From positions 64,001 through 128,000 of the forward strand of contig CP147778.1 in NCBI GenBank assembly GCA_037305845.1: DNA of 64,000 nt. The letters are read 5' to 3'. Below are positions 9,286 to 20,647 of this stretch, one piece after another. Below the pieces are notes generated by a model. It was given only the letters and a program-made list of their open reading frames with translations, had not been told where the DNA came from and ran no database searches. This stretch comes from Candidatus Freyarchaeum deiterrae (lineage in GTDB: Archaea > Asgardarchaeota > Jordiarchaeia > Jordiarchaeales > Jordiarchaeaceae). Every line of letters starts with the position of its first letter. Position 1 is the first letter of the stretch. The translations under genes were made by a program, and so were the position numbers.

Positions 9286-9698
9286 TGATCCTCATTTCCT
9301 CAACCAGACCTAACTACTTTTACTCAGCTAAAAGACACATACTGATAGTAGTCTCGAATCCAACAAGCTTAGAGAGCAGAGTCTTAGGTATTAGAGAACT
9401 CTTAAATTTTGAGGACAGGGAGCTAGCTGAGGCGGCTAGAAGGGTTCTTGAAGCCGCCCTAGAGAAAATAGTTGAACTCGGGGTTCCCTTCATTCTGAGA
9501 GAGATTGGAGTGGAGGTAGATTTTGAGGATCCTTTATGGAGCTACACAGTGTTAACACTGGAAGTGTTTGTTGGGGAGGATCTGTTTGAAACTTTGAGAG
9601 AGAGCGCTGTGAATGCTGCTTACTCTGGTTTAGAGCCTGAAAAAGCTTCGCGGGTGCTGCTGGATGTTCGGCCCTATAGAGTTTCTGAAACCGGCTGA
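9285..9698 (+). CDS. Hypothetical protein, probable partner of the downstream HEPN
   Basis: Overlaps the HEPN gene; acidic alpha/beta composition. Confidence 0.5.
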   Translation: MILISSTRPNYFYSAKRHILIVVSNPTSLESRVLGIRELLNFEDRELAEAARRVLEAALEKIVELGVPFILREIGVEVDFEDPLWSYTVLTLEVFVGEDLFETLRESAVNAAYSGLEPEKASRVLLDVRPYRVSETG

Positions 9699-9975
9699 AA
9701 AACTGTTAACGTATGACGAGGCAAAAATCAGAACCGCTATTAGTAGGTCTTATTATGCTTCCTTCCTCTACGTGAGGGAAGTTGCTGGTTTAGGAGGATT
9801 AAAGATGCCAAGAGTCCGCAGAGAAGCGGTCCGATTTCTCTATGGGAGGAGACCGTTTGCCGAAAACACCCTCCACCTACTAAGGCAGCGTAGAAACGAT
9901 GCAGACTACGATTTAAAATGTGTATTTTCCATATCCGAAGCAAAGCTATCAGTCAACTACGCGAAAAAATTATAG
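9664..9975 (+). CDS. HEPN-domain protein (UPF0332-like)
   Basis: RTAISRSYYASF...RRNDADYD. Confidence 0.8.
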   Translation: MFGPIEFLKPAEKLLTYDEAKIRTAISRSYYASFLYVREVAGLGGLKMPRVRREAVRFLYGRRPFAENTLHLLRQRRNDADYDLKCVFSISEAKLSVNYAKKL

Positions 9976-10138
9976 GCAGCATATAATTCATCGAGTTAAT
10001 TGGAACTTTTACGAGGGGAAAGGATTCGAAAGGAGTGAAATTAGTTTTGGCTCATAATTTATTGGTGGAGAGTCGAGTTTGCTACAAAAATGTGGGCCTT
10101 TTTACTCGTGGTGGTTTCAGCCGGGTTTTCACAAAGAG

Positions 10139-10564
10139 TTACGGGCAGTGGTTTTCCACGAATTCGTTTAGCTTAGCAACTTTCAATTCGTTCACGTTTT
10201 TCCACTCTTTTTCGTACTGTTTCTCTCCTCCAGTAACCAGAACATCCGACTCTGTGGCGATGGCTGTTGAAAGGATTACGGCATCGGCTAGAGAGAAGCG
10301 GTACTTGGTCTTTAGGAGACCGGCTTTGAAGGCTACTCCTAACGTTAAGGGATTCTGTATCAGAGGGACGCTGTTTATGTAGGCAAACTGAATGCGAGCT
10401 TCTTTATCTCCGTAAAGCCGGCTTATTACGTTAACTAGTTCAGCCATCGTAATAACACTTATATGGGTTTCAAAAAGAGTTTTTGCGGCTTCAAGAACCC
10501 TTTCAGCATAGTTGTTCTCTTTATACTTCTCCACCAAAACCCATGTGTCTAGAAAAACTCTCAC
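10139..10564 (-). CDS. PIN-domain (VapC) toxin, apparently intact
   Basis: VFLDTW, TMAEL, SLADAVIL, LVTG. Confidence 0.9.
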   Translation of the reverse strand: MRVFLDTWVLVEKYKENNYAERVLEAAKTLFETHISVITMAELVNVISRLYGDKEARIQFAYINSVPLIQNPLTLGVAFKAGLLKTKYRFSLADAVILSTAIATESDVLVTGGEKQYEKEWKNVNELKVAKLNEFVENHCP

Positions 10565-10827
10565 TGTGACAACTCCTTGGAAAAGCCTTCGGCACGCTTC
10601 TCTTCTTTTCTTCTCTCTTCTTCCAGTAGCCCTTCCAATCTTTCGGCTCTCGGCAGTCTCATAGCTTTAACAACATCATCGGGAAGGGGGATAACAAGGA
10701 TTGTGCCGTCTGGTAAGGCTTCAACTCTTAGGCGCTGCCCTACTTTTAATCCAAGCTTCTCCCTTACTCCCTTGGGGATTATCATCTGCCCCTTAGAGGA
10801 AAGCACTACATCAGTCATTCTTACCAT
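10561..10827 (-). CDS. AbrB/MazE-type antitoxin
   Basis: LSSKGQMIIPKGVREKLGL; start shortened relative to the ORF track. Confidence 0.88.
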   Translation of the reverse strand: MVRMTDVVLSSKGQMIIPKGVREKLGLKVGQRLRVEALPDGTILVIPLPDDVVKAMRLPRAERLEGLLEEERRKEEKRAEGFSKELSQ

Positions 10828-11114
10828 CAACAAAAATGTAAGAAAAAAAGAATATAAGTCTTTCCAACCCACTTTTTCCCAGAATTGTGAACTTTTTGAT
10901 ATTTAGGGGTTCAACTGGGTGGACAGAATCAGTCGATAACGCCTCTTTTTTAGGGCTTCAAAGCGCGAAAAAAACTATACGAACGCTTCTTTTCGATACT
11001 CGTCAAAACTATTCTTCACCACTCCGCACAGCTTACCATAATAACTCGAAAATAACCATAAAAGAAACAAACTGTCCAAAACTGAATGAGGTAGTCGAAG
11101 AAGAAGGTAAAGCG

Positions 11115-11150
11115 TTTTCAGTTTTCATTACGGGGGACTTCTTTTGCAGT
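11115..11150 (-). repeat. Highly degenerate orphan CRISPR repeat, reverse orientation
   Basis: ttttcagttttcattacgggggacttcttttgcag aligns to the reverse-complemented repeat at about 27 of 36 nt with one gap, including a 12-nt exact block. Confidence 0.6.
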
Positions 11151-11229
11151 CACCTTGACCTGTTTTTAACTATTTTTTGGAATAAAGGTGTGCTGGTGGG
11201 TTCCGTGGAGTGTATTTTTCTTCTTTACT

Positions 11230-12792
11230 TTAATAGATGAGCTTTGTTCCCGTTCCTCCGTGTTGTGTGCGTCTAATTCTTATTTCGGTCACTATGGGGT
11301 GCTGGGTAGCTACTCCTGAGGCTATGGCTATACCGTTGGGCAGAAGCGGTATACGTCCAATGTCATCCGTACTTGAATAGTCGAGGTAGGGTTTGAGGTA
11401 TTCCAGGTCGTAGTTTCCTTCTATGCGTAGTATTATTTTTGTTCCACACTGGCTTAAAATGTCTTTGTCCAATCCAGCGATTCTCTGACTGGTGATACAC
11501 AGTCCTAATCCGAACTTTCTTCCCTCGCGGGCTATTTTGCGCATCTGTCTCCTGCTGTAAGTGTTAGTTTCCTGGGGTGCGAAGCGGTGGCTCTCCTCCA
11601 CCACCACTAGTGCGGGCGGAATGGTGCCTCTTTTTCGGGCTTGGAAGACTTTTTGGAGCGCGACGCCTGCAATTATTCTTCTTACCCTCTCGTCCATGTC
11701 TTCGCTCAAATCGATTATGCTTAGAACCCCGGGTTTGACGATGTCGCTAGTGTTGAAGCCTTCTCCAAATATGCCCAGCTCTCTCAGAACCATTATCCTC
11801 CTCACTGTTGAGAGGACTGTGTTTTTCTGAAATTTCCACTCTTCAGCCGCATCCTCCACTGCCTCAGTTAGAGTTTCGGGGTCGTAGGATTGCTTATCCA
11901 CACTCAGCCTCTTCATTGCTAGGAAGAGGAGGTCGGACTGGACATCACTCATTCCGCAGATTTCGCTTATGGCGTAGGCGTCCAAATCACTCATATTTAT
12001 GGTGAGTTCGCTTCCACCGTTTTTGCCCAAGCCTTTGGGAAAATAGCTGACCGCCCTGTAGCCCTTGGGGGTAATCCCAAACTCTGGGGAGCGTTCAATC
12101 TCCTCCGGATTCTTGTTCGGCTGCCTGAATGTGTTGTACTCTCCGTGGGGGTCGATAACCAGTACTGGAAGATTCTTCTCCAAGAGTTCCTCTATGAGCA
12201 CTCCCACCGCGTAGGATTTTCCGCTTCCAGTGGCTCCCAAAACGGCTACATGGTGTCTCACCAGCTTATCGGGATCCAACAATACCTTTATAGCGTTGTT
12301 TCCCCTCATCAAACCGATGTAGAGTCCGTCGCTGGGCAATCCCAAAAAGCGGTTGAGCAGTTTGGTATCCGCTCGGTAAACGATGTTGCCAGGCTCTGGA
12401 GCGTCCTCCGGGGGAAGTATTCTCTCGTTCTTAACTAGTCCCACCACTTTGACTCGTGCCACTCTCCATCTGCTGGACCTCGTGGGGAATCTTGAGTCTA
12501 CTGTTATTCCGCGGGTAATGTGATACTTAACAAATTCGGGATCCGTGTAGTACTCGTTGTAAGCTTGAATGGTGGAAACTCGGCCTACGAGTACACTGAG
12601 CCCCAGGGGCACCTCAACGTATTCCCCTACCTTTACTTCGGATTCCTCCGCTATTTGAAAATTAAAATTCAGGTGATTAGGAGTGTTTCCCTCACAGATG
12701 ATGACTCCCAAATCCGACTTGTTTTCCCCCTTAGGGGTATGGTTTTCATTTTCACTACTCTTTCTTTGCATCCTCTTTTTTCCTCCCTGCAC
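11230..12792 (-). CDS. HerA-family ATPase/helicase (HAS barrel + FtsK/HerA motor)
   Basis: GATGSGKS, IDPHGEY, EESHRFAP, REGRKFG, SQR. Confidence 0.93.
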   Translation of the reverse strand: MQGGKKRMQRKSSENENHTPKGENKSDLGVIICEGNTPNHLNFNFQIAEESEVKVGEYVEVPLGLSVLVGRVSTIQAYNEYYTDPEFVKYHITRGITVDSRFPTRSSRWRVARVKVVGLVKNERILPPEDAPEPGNIVYRADTKLLNRFLGLPSDGLYIGLMRGNNAIKVLLDPDKLVRHHVAVLGATGSGKSYAVGVLIEELLEKNLPVLVIDPHGEYNTFRQPNKNPEEIERSPEFGITPKGYRAVSYFPKGLGKNGGSELTINMSDLDAYAISEICGMSDVQSDLLFLAMKRLSVDKQSYDPETLTEAVEDAAEEWKFQKNTVLSTVRRIMVLRELGIFGEGFNTSDIVKPGVLSIIDLSEDMDERVRRIIAGVALQKVFQARKRGTIPPALVVVEESHRFAPQETNTYSRRQMRKIAREGRKFGLGLCITSQRIAGLDKDILSQCGTKIILRIEGNYDLEYLKPYLDYSSTDDIGRIPLLPNGIAIASGVATQHPIVTEIRIRRTQHGGTGTKLIY

Positions 12793-14230
12793 GCTTTAGG
12801 CGTCTTAGGTCTCGTGTTCTTTGAAGCTCGTCCCACATGCCCATCAGTCCTGCTTTAAGCGAACCCTTAACCGCTCTCATTAGCTGCTCCAGATTAACCA
12901 CAGCCACATTTTTCGCCGAGGAAACCACGCTAGGACCCCCCTCGAATCGGGTTCTCAGTGGAATGGATGAGAGGCTGAAGGCTAGGTCTGCAATCTGTTT
13001 CTGATCCTCAAGCGGGTTCTTCGAAACGAACTCGTACTTGGTGACCAAAGGTTTCTTCATAACGTAGAACTCGTAATTGTCCTCAGTAGGGGGCTTATCC
13101 TTCTCGTGTCCCCTATCTATCAGGCAGGTGGTGTCTCCGTCCTCCAAAACCATGGAGAGGAAATTCAGGTCGTTGGTTGAACCTATCTCCTGCCCCAAGA
13201 CTCTACGGACTATTTTGAAGAAAAAGTTATCCATAGATATGGGCACCACACCCACCGGGATTACTCCACTATTTTTCGCGGTTTCAAGAAATTTGTAGTA
13301 TAGCTCGTGGCACCGGTCTCTCAAACGCACCAACTCTTTTGAGTAAACCATAAATCCGTGCGGGGCTAGTGAACCCAGTTTGAAGTAGACCCGGAACTTG
13401 TCACTGTGCTCCTCAATCATCTCCATTGCCAACCTATAGTGCTGAATCTCCCTCAGGTAACGGGCGGCGATACTCCTACCAGCTTCCAAAAGCTCCGGAA
13501 AATCAGTCGACATCTCAAAGAACGGCTCCCCCTCCACGAACGGCTCAAACCCCCCATAAGAGTGAAGATCTGGAATGTAGTGGGACAGAGACTTGCTCTG
13601 ATCCAAGATGTTTTTGTCAAAAAAACCCAGATACGCGCCACTACTCAGAGCAACCACAGAGAGCAGGGAAAAATCGAGAAGCGCCCAGTGCTCCAATCTA
13701 TGAGCGGAAGCCGAGCCGCAAACAAAAACATTGTCCAAAACTAGGTCCCGCGCATACTTTGACAAAACTAGAGTTTCACCAAGCAAACGATCCGCATACT
13801 CCGTGTCCTCCACCCTAACCCCAGACAGCCTCTCCCTAACCTCGCCCCCCAGTATCTTGGGAAAATCGAGTTTTTCCAGAAGCCGGCGAACCTTATCCGA
13901 AACCGAAATCAGCTCCGCCTGAGCAGCAATATCCTGACCCACAAAGTCCTCGACTAGCACGGCGGACTTGGGTTCAAAGAGCAGCTCGCTCGTCACATCG
14001 TCGATTCTGCTGGTATTCACCCGATACCTTCCCGCTCCCTCATAGGCTAGAACATCTAGGTTTGAGAGGTCGTCCAGATAATCTTTAACCGAGCGCTCGG
14101 TTAGATCCACTTTATCAGCCAAGGAGGCTACATTCACCACTCCCTGCTCCGTGAATACTTCCAAGCAGGCGTTTAGAATGAGCGTCAGTCTCGCACGGTA
14201 GGTTGACCCGGTCCGCCCCATCTTAATCAC
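12755..14230 (-). CDS. wHTH + NurA-like domain protein, catalytic residues apparently lost
   Basis: N-terminal HTH (VASLADKVDLTERSVKDYL). NurA-like motif order with VCGS for vDGS, KLGSL for lDGsl and GGP..VSSAKNVA for GYP..L..AH..A. Overlaps herA. Confidence 0.6.
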   Translation of the reverse strand: MIKMGRTGSTYRARLTLILNACLEVFTEQGVVNVASLADKVDLTERSVKDYLDDLSNLDVLAYEGAGRYRVNTSRIDDVTSELLFEPKSAVLVEDFVGQDIAAQAELISVSDKVRRLLEKLDFPKILGGEVRERLSGVRVEDTEYADRLLGETLVLSKYARDLVLDNVFVCGSASAHRLEHWALLDFSLLSVVALSSGAYLGFFDKNILDQSKSLSHYIPDLHSYGGFEPFVEGEPFFEMSTDFPELLEAGRSIAARYLREIQHYRLAMEMIEEHSDKFRVYFKLGSLAPHGFMVYSKELVRLRDRCHELYYKFLETAKNSGVIPVGVVPISMDNFFFKIVRRVLGQEIGSTNDLNFLSMVLEDGDTTCLIDRGHEKDKPPTEDNYEFYVMKKPLVTKYEFVSKNPLEDQKQIADLAFSLSSIPLRTRFEGGPSVVSSAKNVAVVNLEQLMRAVKGSLKAGLMGMWDELQRTRDLRRLKRAGRKKEDAKKE

Positions 14231-14639
14231 TTCACTCTATATCCAAATCCGAAGTATATTTCAAATCTGTATAATTATATCCACAAAAACAATATAAACA
14301 CACCGACAACACAAAACAAACCTTCAAAAAACAAAAAAAACAGCAAACAAAAAACCCTAAACCACTATAAAAACAGCAGCAACTAAAAAATTAAATGAAA
14401 AACTGAAAAAATAAAACCTGAACACCATATCACTTCCACCAGAAATTAAGGGGAACCTAAAACAGTGAAAAAGCCGCAAAACACCCCGAAAAACTAAAAA
14501 ACCACGCAAAACATCCAAAAAATCCGCTAAGAAAAAAAATAGAATAGAAAAACGAAAACCAAAACTATCAAAATCCAGAAAGCAGAAACCAGATTTCCCA
14601 AAGTCTAAACAACATAAAGGAGATATACTACATACTCAG

Positions 14640-14784
14640 AAAAGCCGAAGAAGGCATAACAAACCCTTTCGATTACTCGAACACATTTATAAAGAGCATG
14701 CATTTTTCCTAGTGTTCGAGTGAAACCTCCCAAAAGAAGCTTTTATAAGCCTATAAACCCAAAAATAAGTAATATAATATAACC
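14640..14784 (+). promoter_or_regulatory. CRISPR leader
   Basis: AT-rich and abuts repeat 1; TTTTATAA at 14741; 10-bp inverted repeat at 14675-14684/14712-14721. Confidence 0.8.
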
Positions 14785-17700
14785 CTTGCAAAAGAAGTTC
14801 CTCAGTAACGAGGATTGAAAGTACCACGTATTCGGAGCATAGTTAGCATTATAACCGCTTGCAAAAGAAGTTCCTCAGTAACGAGGATTGAAAGAAAAAT
14901 TGGATGAAGTGCTAGTCGAAATTGAATTAATACTTGCAAAAGAAGTTCCTCAGTAACGAGGATTGAAAGTAATATCCTTCTACAGCACCATAAGGTGTGA
15001 TATTTCCTTGCAAAAGAAGTTCCTCAGTAACGAGGATTGAAAGATGACTGAGTAGTAGAGCAACTGCATCTCGTTGTTACTTGCAAAAGAAGTTCCTCAG
15101 TAACGAGGATTGAAAGGAACCTCTCCGCTCCAAACCCAAAAAGTAGCTGAAACCACTTGCAAAAGAAGTTCCTCAGTAACGAGGATTGAAAGAAGGATAA
15201 AACTGCAATAAAAGAGGAAATGATTAACTTGCAAAAGAAGTTCCTCAGTAACGAGGATTGAAAGAACAAAAGAAAAGATACATATTCGTTAAAGGCAGCA
15301 ACTTGCAAAAGAAGTTCCTCAGTAACGAGGATTGAAAGTTCCCCGACGATGCGACTGAAAGCCGAACATTAACACATCTTGCAAAAGAAGTTCCTCAGTA
15401 ACGAGGATTGAAAGCAAGAAACAGACCTTGTAGATTCATGGATACTTATCCCTTGCAAAAGAAGTTCCTCAGTAACGAGGATTGAAAGTATTTTAAGGTT
15501 CGAACGCAGGGACCGGAGCGTGTTCCTCTTGCAAAAGAAGTTCCTCAGTAACGAGGATTGAAAGGTCAAGGTAAGTTCTAGGATTCTTACTGGTGAAAAG
15601 CTTGCAAAAGAAGTTCCTCAGTAACGAGGATTGAAAGACAGAAAAAAAAGAGATTATTTTATGAACTCCTAAAACTTGCAAAAGAAGTTCCTCAGTAACG
15701 AGGATTGAAAGGACCTAAAAGGTAGGTCTAAAATCTTGATCAAAAACGTCTTGCAAAAGAAGTTCCTCAGTAACGAGGATTGAAAGTATTATTCTACATA
15801 TATATGACCTAACGTAATACAGCTTGCAAAAGAAGTTCCTCAGTAACGAGGATTGAAAGTTTACGATATTCAAACTAAACGATTTAGGAAATCCAACTTG
15901 CAAAAGAAGTTCCTCAGTAACGAGGATTGAAAGTATCTTTTCTAAATCTTCCCTCTTAAAAAAGGGCTTAAACCTTGCAAAAGAAGTTCCTCAGTAACGA
16001 GGATTGAAAGGATCCCAGCCCGCGCTGAAAAGCACTAAATAGAATATTACTTGCAAAAGAAGTTCCTCAGTAACGAGGATTGAAAGTAATAGACTTTGAT
16101 TAGGAATTAGATTATTTAAGCTAGGACTTGCAAAAGAAGTTCCTCAGTAACGAGGATTGAAAGCCTTTCAGGAGATTAGACCCAACCGAAAGCATTGAGC
16201 GGGGCTTGCAAAAGAAGTTCCTCAGTAACGAGGATTGAAAGGAATAGAGCGGTTAGGACTCCGCCTGCAATTCCCAGCTTGCAAAAGAAGTTCCTCAGTA
16301 ACGAGGATTGAAAGTAGCCCCGATACCGCAGGTGAGACCGCAAGAGTCGAACTTGCAAAAGAAGTTCCTCAGTAACGAGGATTGAAAGTCAACGTTTTCT
16401 TACAATTCAAACCTTCTCTATCACAACTTGCAAAAGAAGTTCCTCAGTAACGAGGATTGAAAGTTCCGAGTAACACCACCAGTTATCGCAAAATGATTCT
16501 TGTCTTGCAAAAGAAGTTCCTCAGTAACGAGGATTGAAAGAACTTTAACTCGATTAGAGATCCAAGGGACCCAGTTCCTTGCAAAAGAAGTTCCTCAGTA
16601 ACGAGGATTGAAAGTGGTGGCGACAAGTCTCACCGCAGAAACTGTTCGGAAACTTGCAAAAGAAGTTCCTCAGTAACGAGGATTGAAAGTATCTAATGCG
16701 TCAAATCCACCTAAAACAAATTCTAACTTGCAAAAGAAGTTCCTCAGTAACGAGGATTGAAAGTCTCAGCCGAATGCGTGGGATTTAATAACGAAGAAGA
16801 AACTTGCAAAAGAAGTTCCTCAGTAACGAGGATTGAAAGATTTAACAGAAACGATGAAGCAAAAGCGTACATTAACTTGCAAAAGAAGTTCCTCAGTAAC
16901 GAGGATTGAAAGTCATCGGTTAGTGAGATTACTAGTTATTTAGATTTTGCTTGCAAAAGAAGTTCCTCAGTAACGAGGATTGAAAGGAGAAGTCTTTATG
17001 CTTCCTGATCCAAACTACTTTTTACTTGCAAAAGAAGTTCCTCAGTAACGAGGATTGAAAGTCTTCTCCAGCTTCAGCGCAAACGCGGTTTTATGGAGCA
17101 CTTGCAAAAGAAGTTCCTCAGTAACGAGGATTGAAAGACGAATAATAGGAGATGAGAAACGTGAGCAGAATAGCTTGCAAAAGAAGTTCCTCAGTAACGA
17201 GGATTGAAAGTCATCTCGATAAGCTCCTTTAATGAATTGATACTTCACTTGCAAAAGAAGTTCCTCAGTAACGAGGATTGAAAGTTAGAGGATGTAGCAA
17301 TCAAGAAGACCCTCAGTAAACTTGCAAAAGAAGTTCCTCAGTAACGAGGATTGAAAGCAAAAAATGCGATAATAATGAAGCTGTTTCTAAAACTCTTGCA
17401 AAAGAAGTTCCTCAGTAACGAGGATTGAAAGAATTATTAGAATTAGGAGCAAAAACAACCTGTCCCGACTTGCAAAAGAAGTTCCTCAGTAACGAGGATT
17501 GAAAGGTAATGAGACAATAAACTTGGAGATTTACGATAAAGCTTGCAAAAGAAGTTCCTCAGTAACGAGGATTGAAAGTCACATCCTCCTCACCCTCATC
17601 CGCCCCACAGTACCCGCCTTGCAAAAGAAGTTCCTCAGTAACGAGGATTGAAAGTAAAAACAGAGGAACTTTTGAAGCCTCTGCTTGTTGAAACTTGCAA

Positions 17701-20630
17701 AAGAAGTTCCTCAGTAACGAGGATTGAAAGTTTATGTTGGGAATATTCACTCGTAAACCTAAAAGAAACTTGCAAAAGAAGTTCCTCAGTAACGAGGATT
17801 GAAAGACATGTCACCGGAACAGTACGCCGGAAAAGAGAGCGCTTGCAAAAGAAGTTCCTCAGTAACGAGGATTGAAAGTCCTTCTCCTTTTCTGGGTCCT
17901 TGTACATTTTCTTGCTTGCAAAAGAAGTTCCTCAGTAACGAGGATTGAAAGGGTATGATTGTGGAGCGGGTTATGGATGAGCGGGGACTTGCAAAAGAAG
18001 TTCCTCAGTAACGAGGATTGAAAGCTGTATAGAAGTAGCTTGTATATTGCGCCACATACCTGAACTTGCAAAAGAAGTTCCTCAGTAACGAGGATTGAAA
18101 GCAAAATAGGCGCCCTAAAATCACAACTCAGTTTTTAACTTGCAAAAGAAGTTCCTCAGTAACGAGGATTGAAAGTTAATTCGCTTAGTTGACAGATATA
18201 GACGTGTTTATCTTGCAAAAGAAGTTCCTCAGTAACGAGGATTGAAAGGGTATTCCAACCGCATATACTATCTCCGTTAAGTTCACTTGCAAAAGAAGTT
18301 CCTCAGTAACGAGGATTGAAAGTAACCAAGAATGTTCCGGTGAGTGATATTCAATCATTCTTGCAAAAGAAGTTCCTCAGTAACGAGGATTGAAAGTACA
18401 CGTACCAAGTGGAACCCAGAAACAGGAGCAGAAGCTTGCAAAAGAAGTTCCTCAGTAACGAGGATTGAAAGGGATTAGCTCCGCTAAGAGTATCTGAGTA
18501 TTACACACCACTTGCAAAAGAAGTTCCTCAGTAACGAGGATTGAAAGTGTTCCATTAAAATCACCAAGAATAAAAGAACAAATAGCTTGCAAAAGAAGTT
18601 CCTCAGTAACGAGGATTGAAAGTAATTTCTTTCATATTTTTCACCATTTTCTTTTTTTAACTTGCAAAAGAAGTTCCTCAGTAACGAGGATTGAAAGAGA
18701 AACGAGTTGAACAGATCGCAACTAGAAGCCCTCACTTGCAAAAGAAGTTCCTCAGTAACGAGGATTGAAAGTTCTTTTTGAAAAATATCCCACGAATCTT
18801 TATCTGATGCTTGCAAAAGAAGTTCCTCAGTAACGAGGATTGAAAGTGTTGTTTCTCTAAGTATTCTATACGGTTTTTTAATCTTGCAAAAGAAGTTCCT
18901 CAGTAACGAGGATTGAAAGTGTTATGCTGATTTCCTTTATATGGCAACAAAAATAGCTTGCAAAAGAAGTTCCTCAGTAACGAGGATTGAAAGAATAGGT
19001 CATGGGTACACCTTAAATAAAGGTGTACTCTTCTTGCAAAAGAAGTTCCTCAGTAACGAGGATTGAAAGACTACTAGACCACGAAATAATCTACAAGGAC
19101 AAACAACTTGCAAAAGAAGTTCCTCAGTAACGAGGATTGAAAGAAAGAAATTGATGTGAAGGAAAGAATCAAGGAATGCACTTGCAAAAGAAGTTCCTCA
19201 GTAACGAGGATTGAAAGGTTTGGGGGCTGATTAATACCGCAACATTTCTAGTGGGCTTGCAAAAGAAGTTCCTCAGTAACGAGGATTGAAAGGATTCTTG
19301 GACATTCCAAGCGGGATGGAACATGACAAGCTCTTGCAAAAGAAGTTCCTCAGTAACGAGGATTGAAAGATGCCTATAATTACGAAGACTAAAATAAGAC
19401 TTAAGATACTTGCAAAAGAAGTTCCTCAGTAACGAGGATTGAAAGATTTACTTCTGGTTCTTTGTAGTAGGTTACAGAGTTGTACTTGCAAAAGCAGTTC
19501 CTCAGTAACGAGGATTGAAAGTAGTAAATTGGTTTTTTCTCAATCTCATTATATTTCAACTTGCAAAAGAAGTTCCTCAGTAACGAGGATTGAAAGACTC
19601 CGTGCCCTATTCCCCACGGTGGATCCGTTGCACAACTTGCAAAAGAAGTTCCTCAGTAACGAGGATTGAAAGACGGTGAACGGTCACAGTCCCTCGACCG
19701 CTGTTCAGGTCTTGCAAAAGAAGTTCCTCAGTAACGAGGATTGAAAGCATAAGACTACCCATAAGATTCTCGCTAACACTAGACACTTGCAAAAGAAGTT
19801 CCTCAGTAACGAGGATTGAAAGTAATGGACCAATCTGTTCTTTGAGAGAATTTAGTAACTTGCAAAAGAAGTTCCTCAGTAACGAGGATTGAAAGCTTTT
19901 CTTTCACGAAACGTACTTGATTCTACGTAATAGCTTGCAAAAGAAGTTCCTCAGTAACGAGGATTGAAAGTTGCGCTTTTAATGCAGGATAAAAGGGATT
20001 TGACTACTTGCAAAAGAAGTTCCTCAGTAACGAGGATTGAAAGGATCCTCCGTGACTATGTGTTTGAATTTTTCTTTCTGCCTTGCAAAAGAAGTTCCTC
20101 AGTAACGAGGATTGAAAGGTTAAATGCTCTTGACGATTCATCGTGGGGTGCTTGGGCTTGCAAAAGAAGTTCCTCAGTAACGAGGATTGAAAGTCAAGTC
20201 AATCTTGGAGCTTCAAGGATTTGAATTACTCTTGCAAAAGAAGTTCCTCAGTAACGAGGATTGAAAGTCAGGGTTATCGAACTGAAGGTCCTTGCAGACC
20301 TCCTTGCAAAAGAAGTTCCTCAGTAACGAGGATTGAAAGTCCAACTGCGGCAGCTTGTTCGTGGCCATAATTATTTCTTGCAAAAGAAGTTCCTCAGTAA
20401 CGAGGATTGAAAGATTTTCTTCGTTATGCAGTTGAAGAACATGGAGTGAGTCTTGCAAAAGAAGTTCCTCAGTAACGAGGATTGAAAGTGTACCTATTAC
20501 GCGTGGGAGGGATGCTTTTTGGGACTTGCAAAAGAAGTTCCTCAGTAACGAGGATTGAAAGTATATTTTCATCCTCCTATTCGGTTCTTAAATATTCGCA
20601 CTTGCAAAAGAAGTTCCTCAGAAACGAGGA
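14785..20630 (+). CRISPR. CRISPR array; repeat CTTGCAAAAGAAGTTCCTCAGTAACGAGGATTGAAAG (37 bp); about 78 full repeats plus 1 truncated; spacers about 35-41 bp
   Basis: Period about 74.5 bp; TCCTC/GAGGA hairpin and ATTGAAAG 3' end; one variant at 19485; last repeat (20601) has the GAAAC variant and stops at nt 30. Counted by hand. Confidence 0.99.
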
Positions 20631-20647
20631 AGTTGATAATATCGAAG

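Noticed and set aside
15489-15527. Spacer with a GGTTCGAA T-loop-like motif
   Set aside because: No cloverleaf. No tRNA or rRNA was recognised anywhere in the window.
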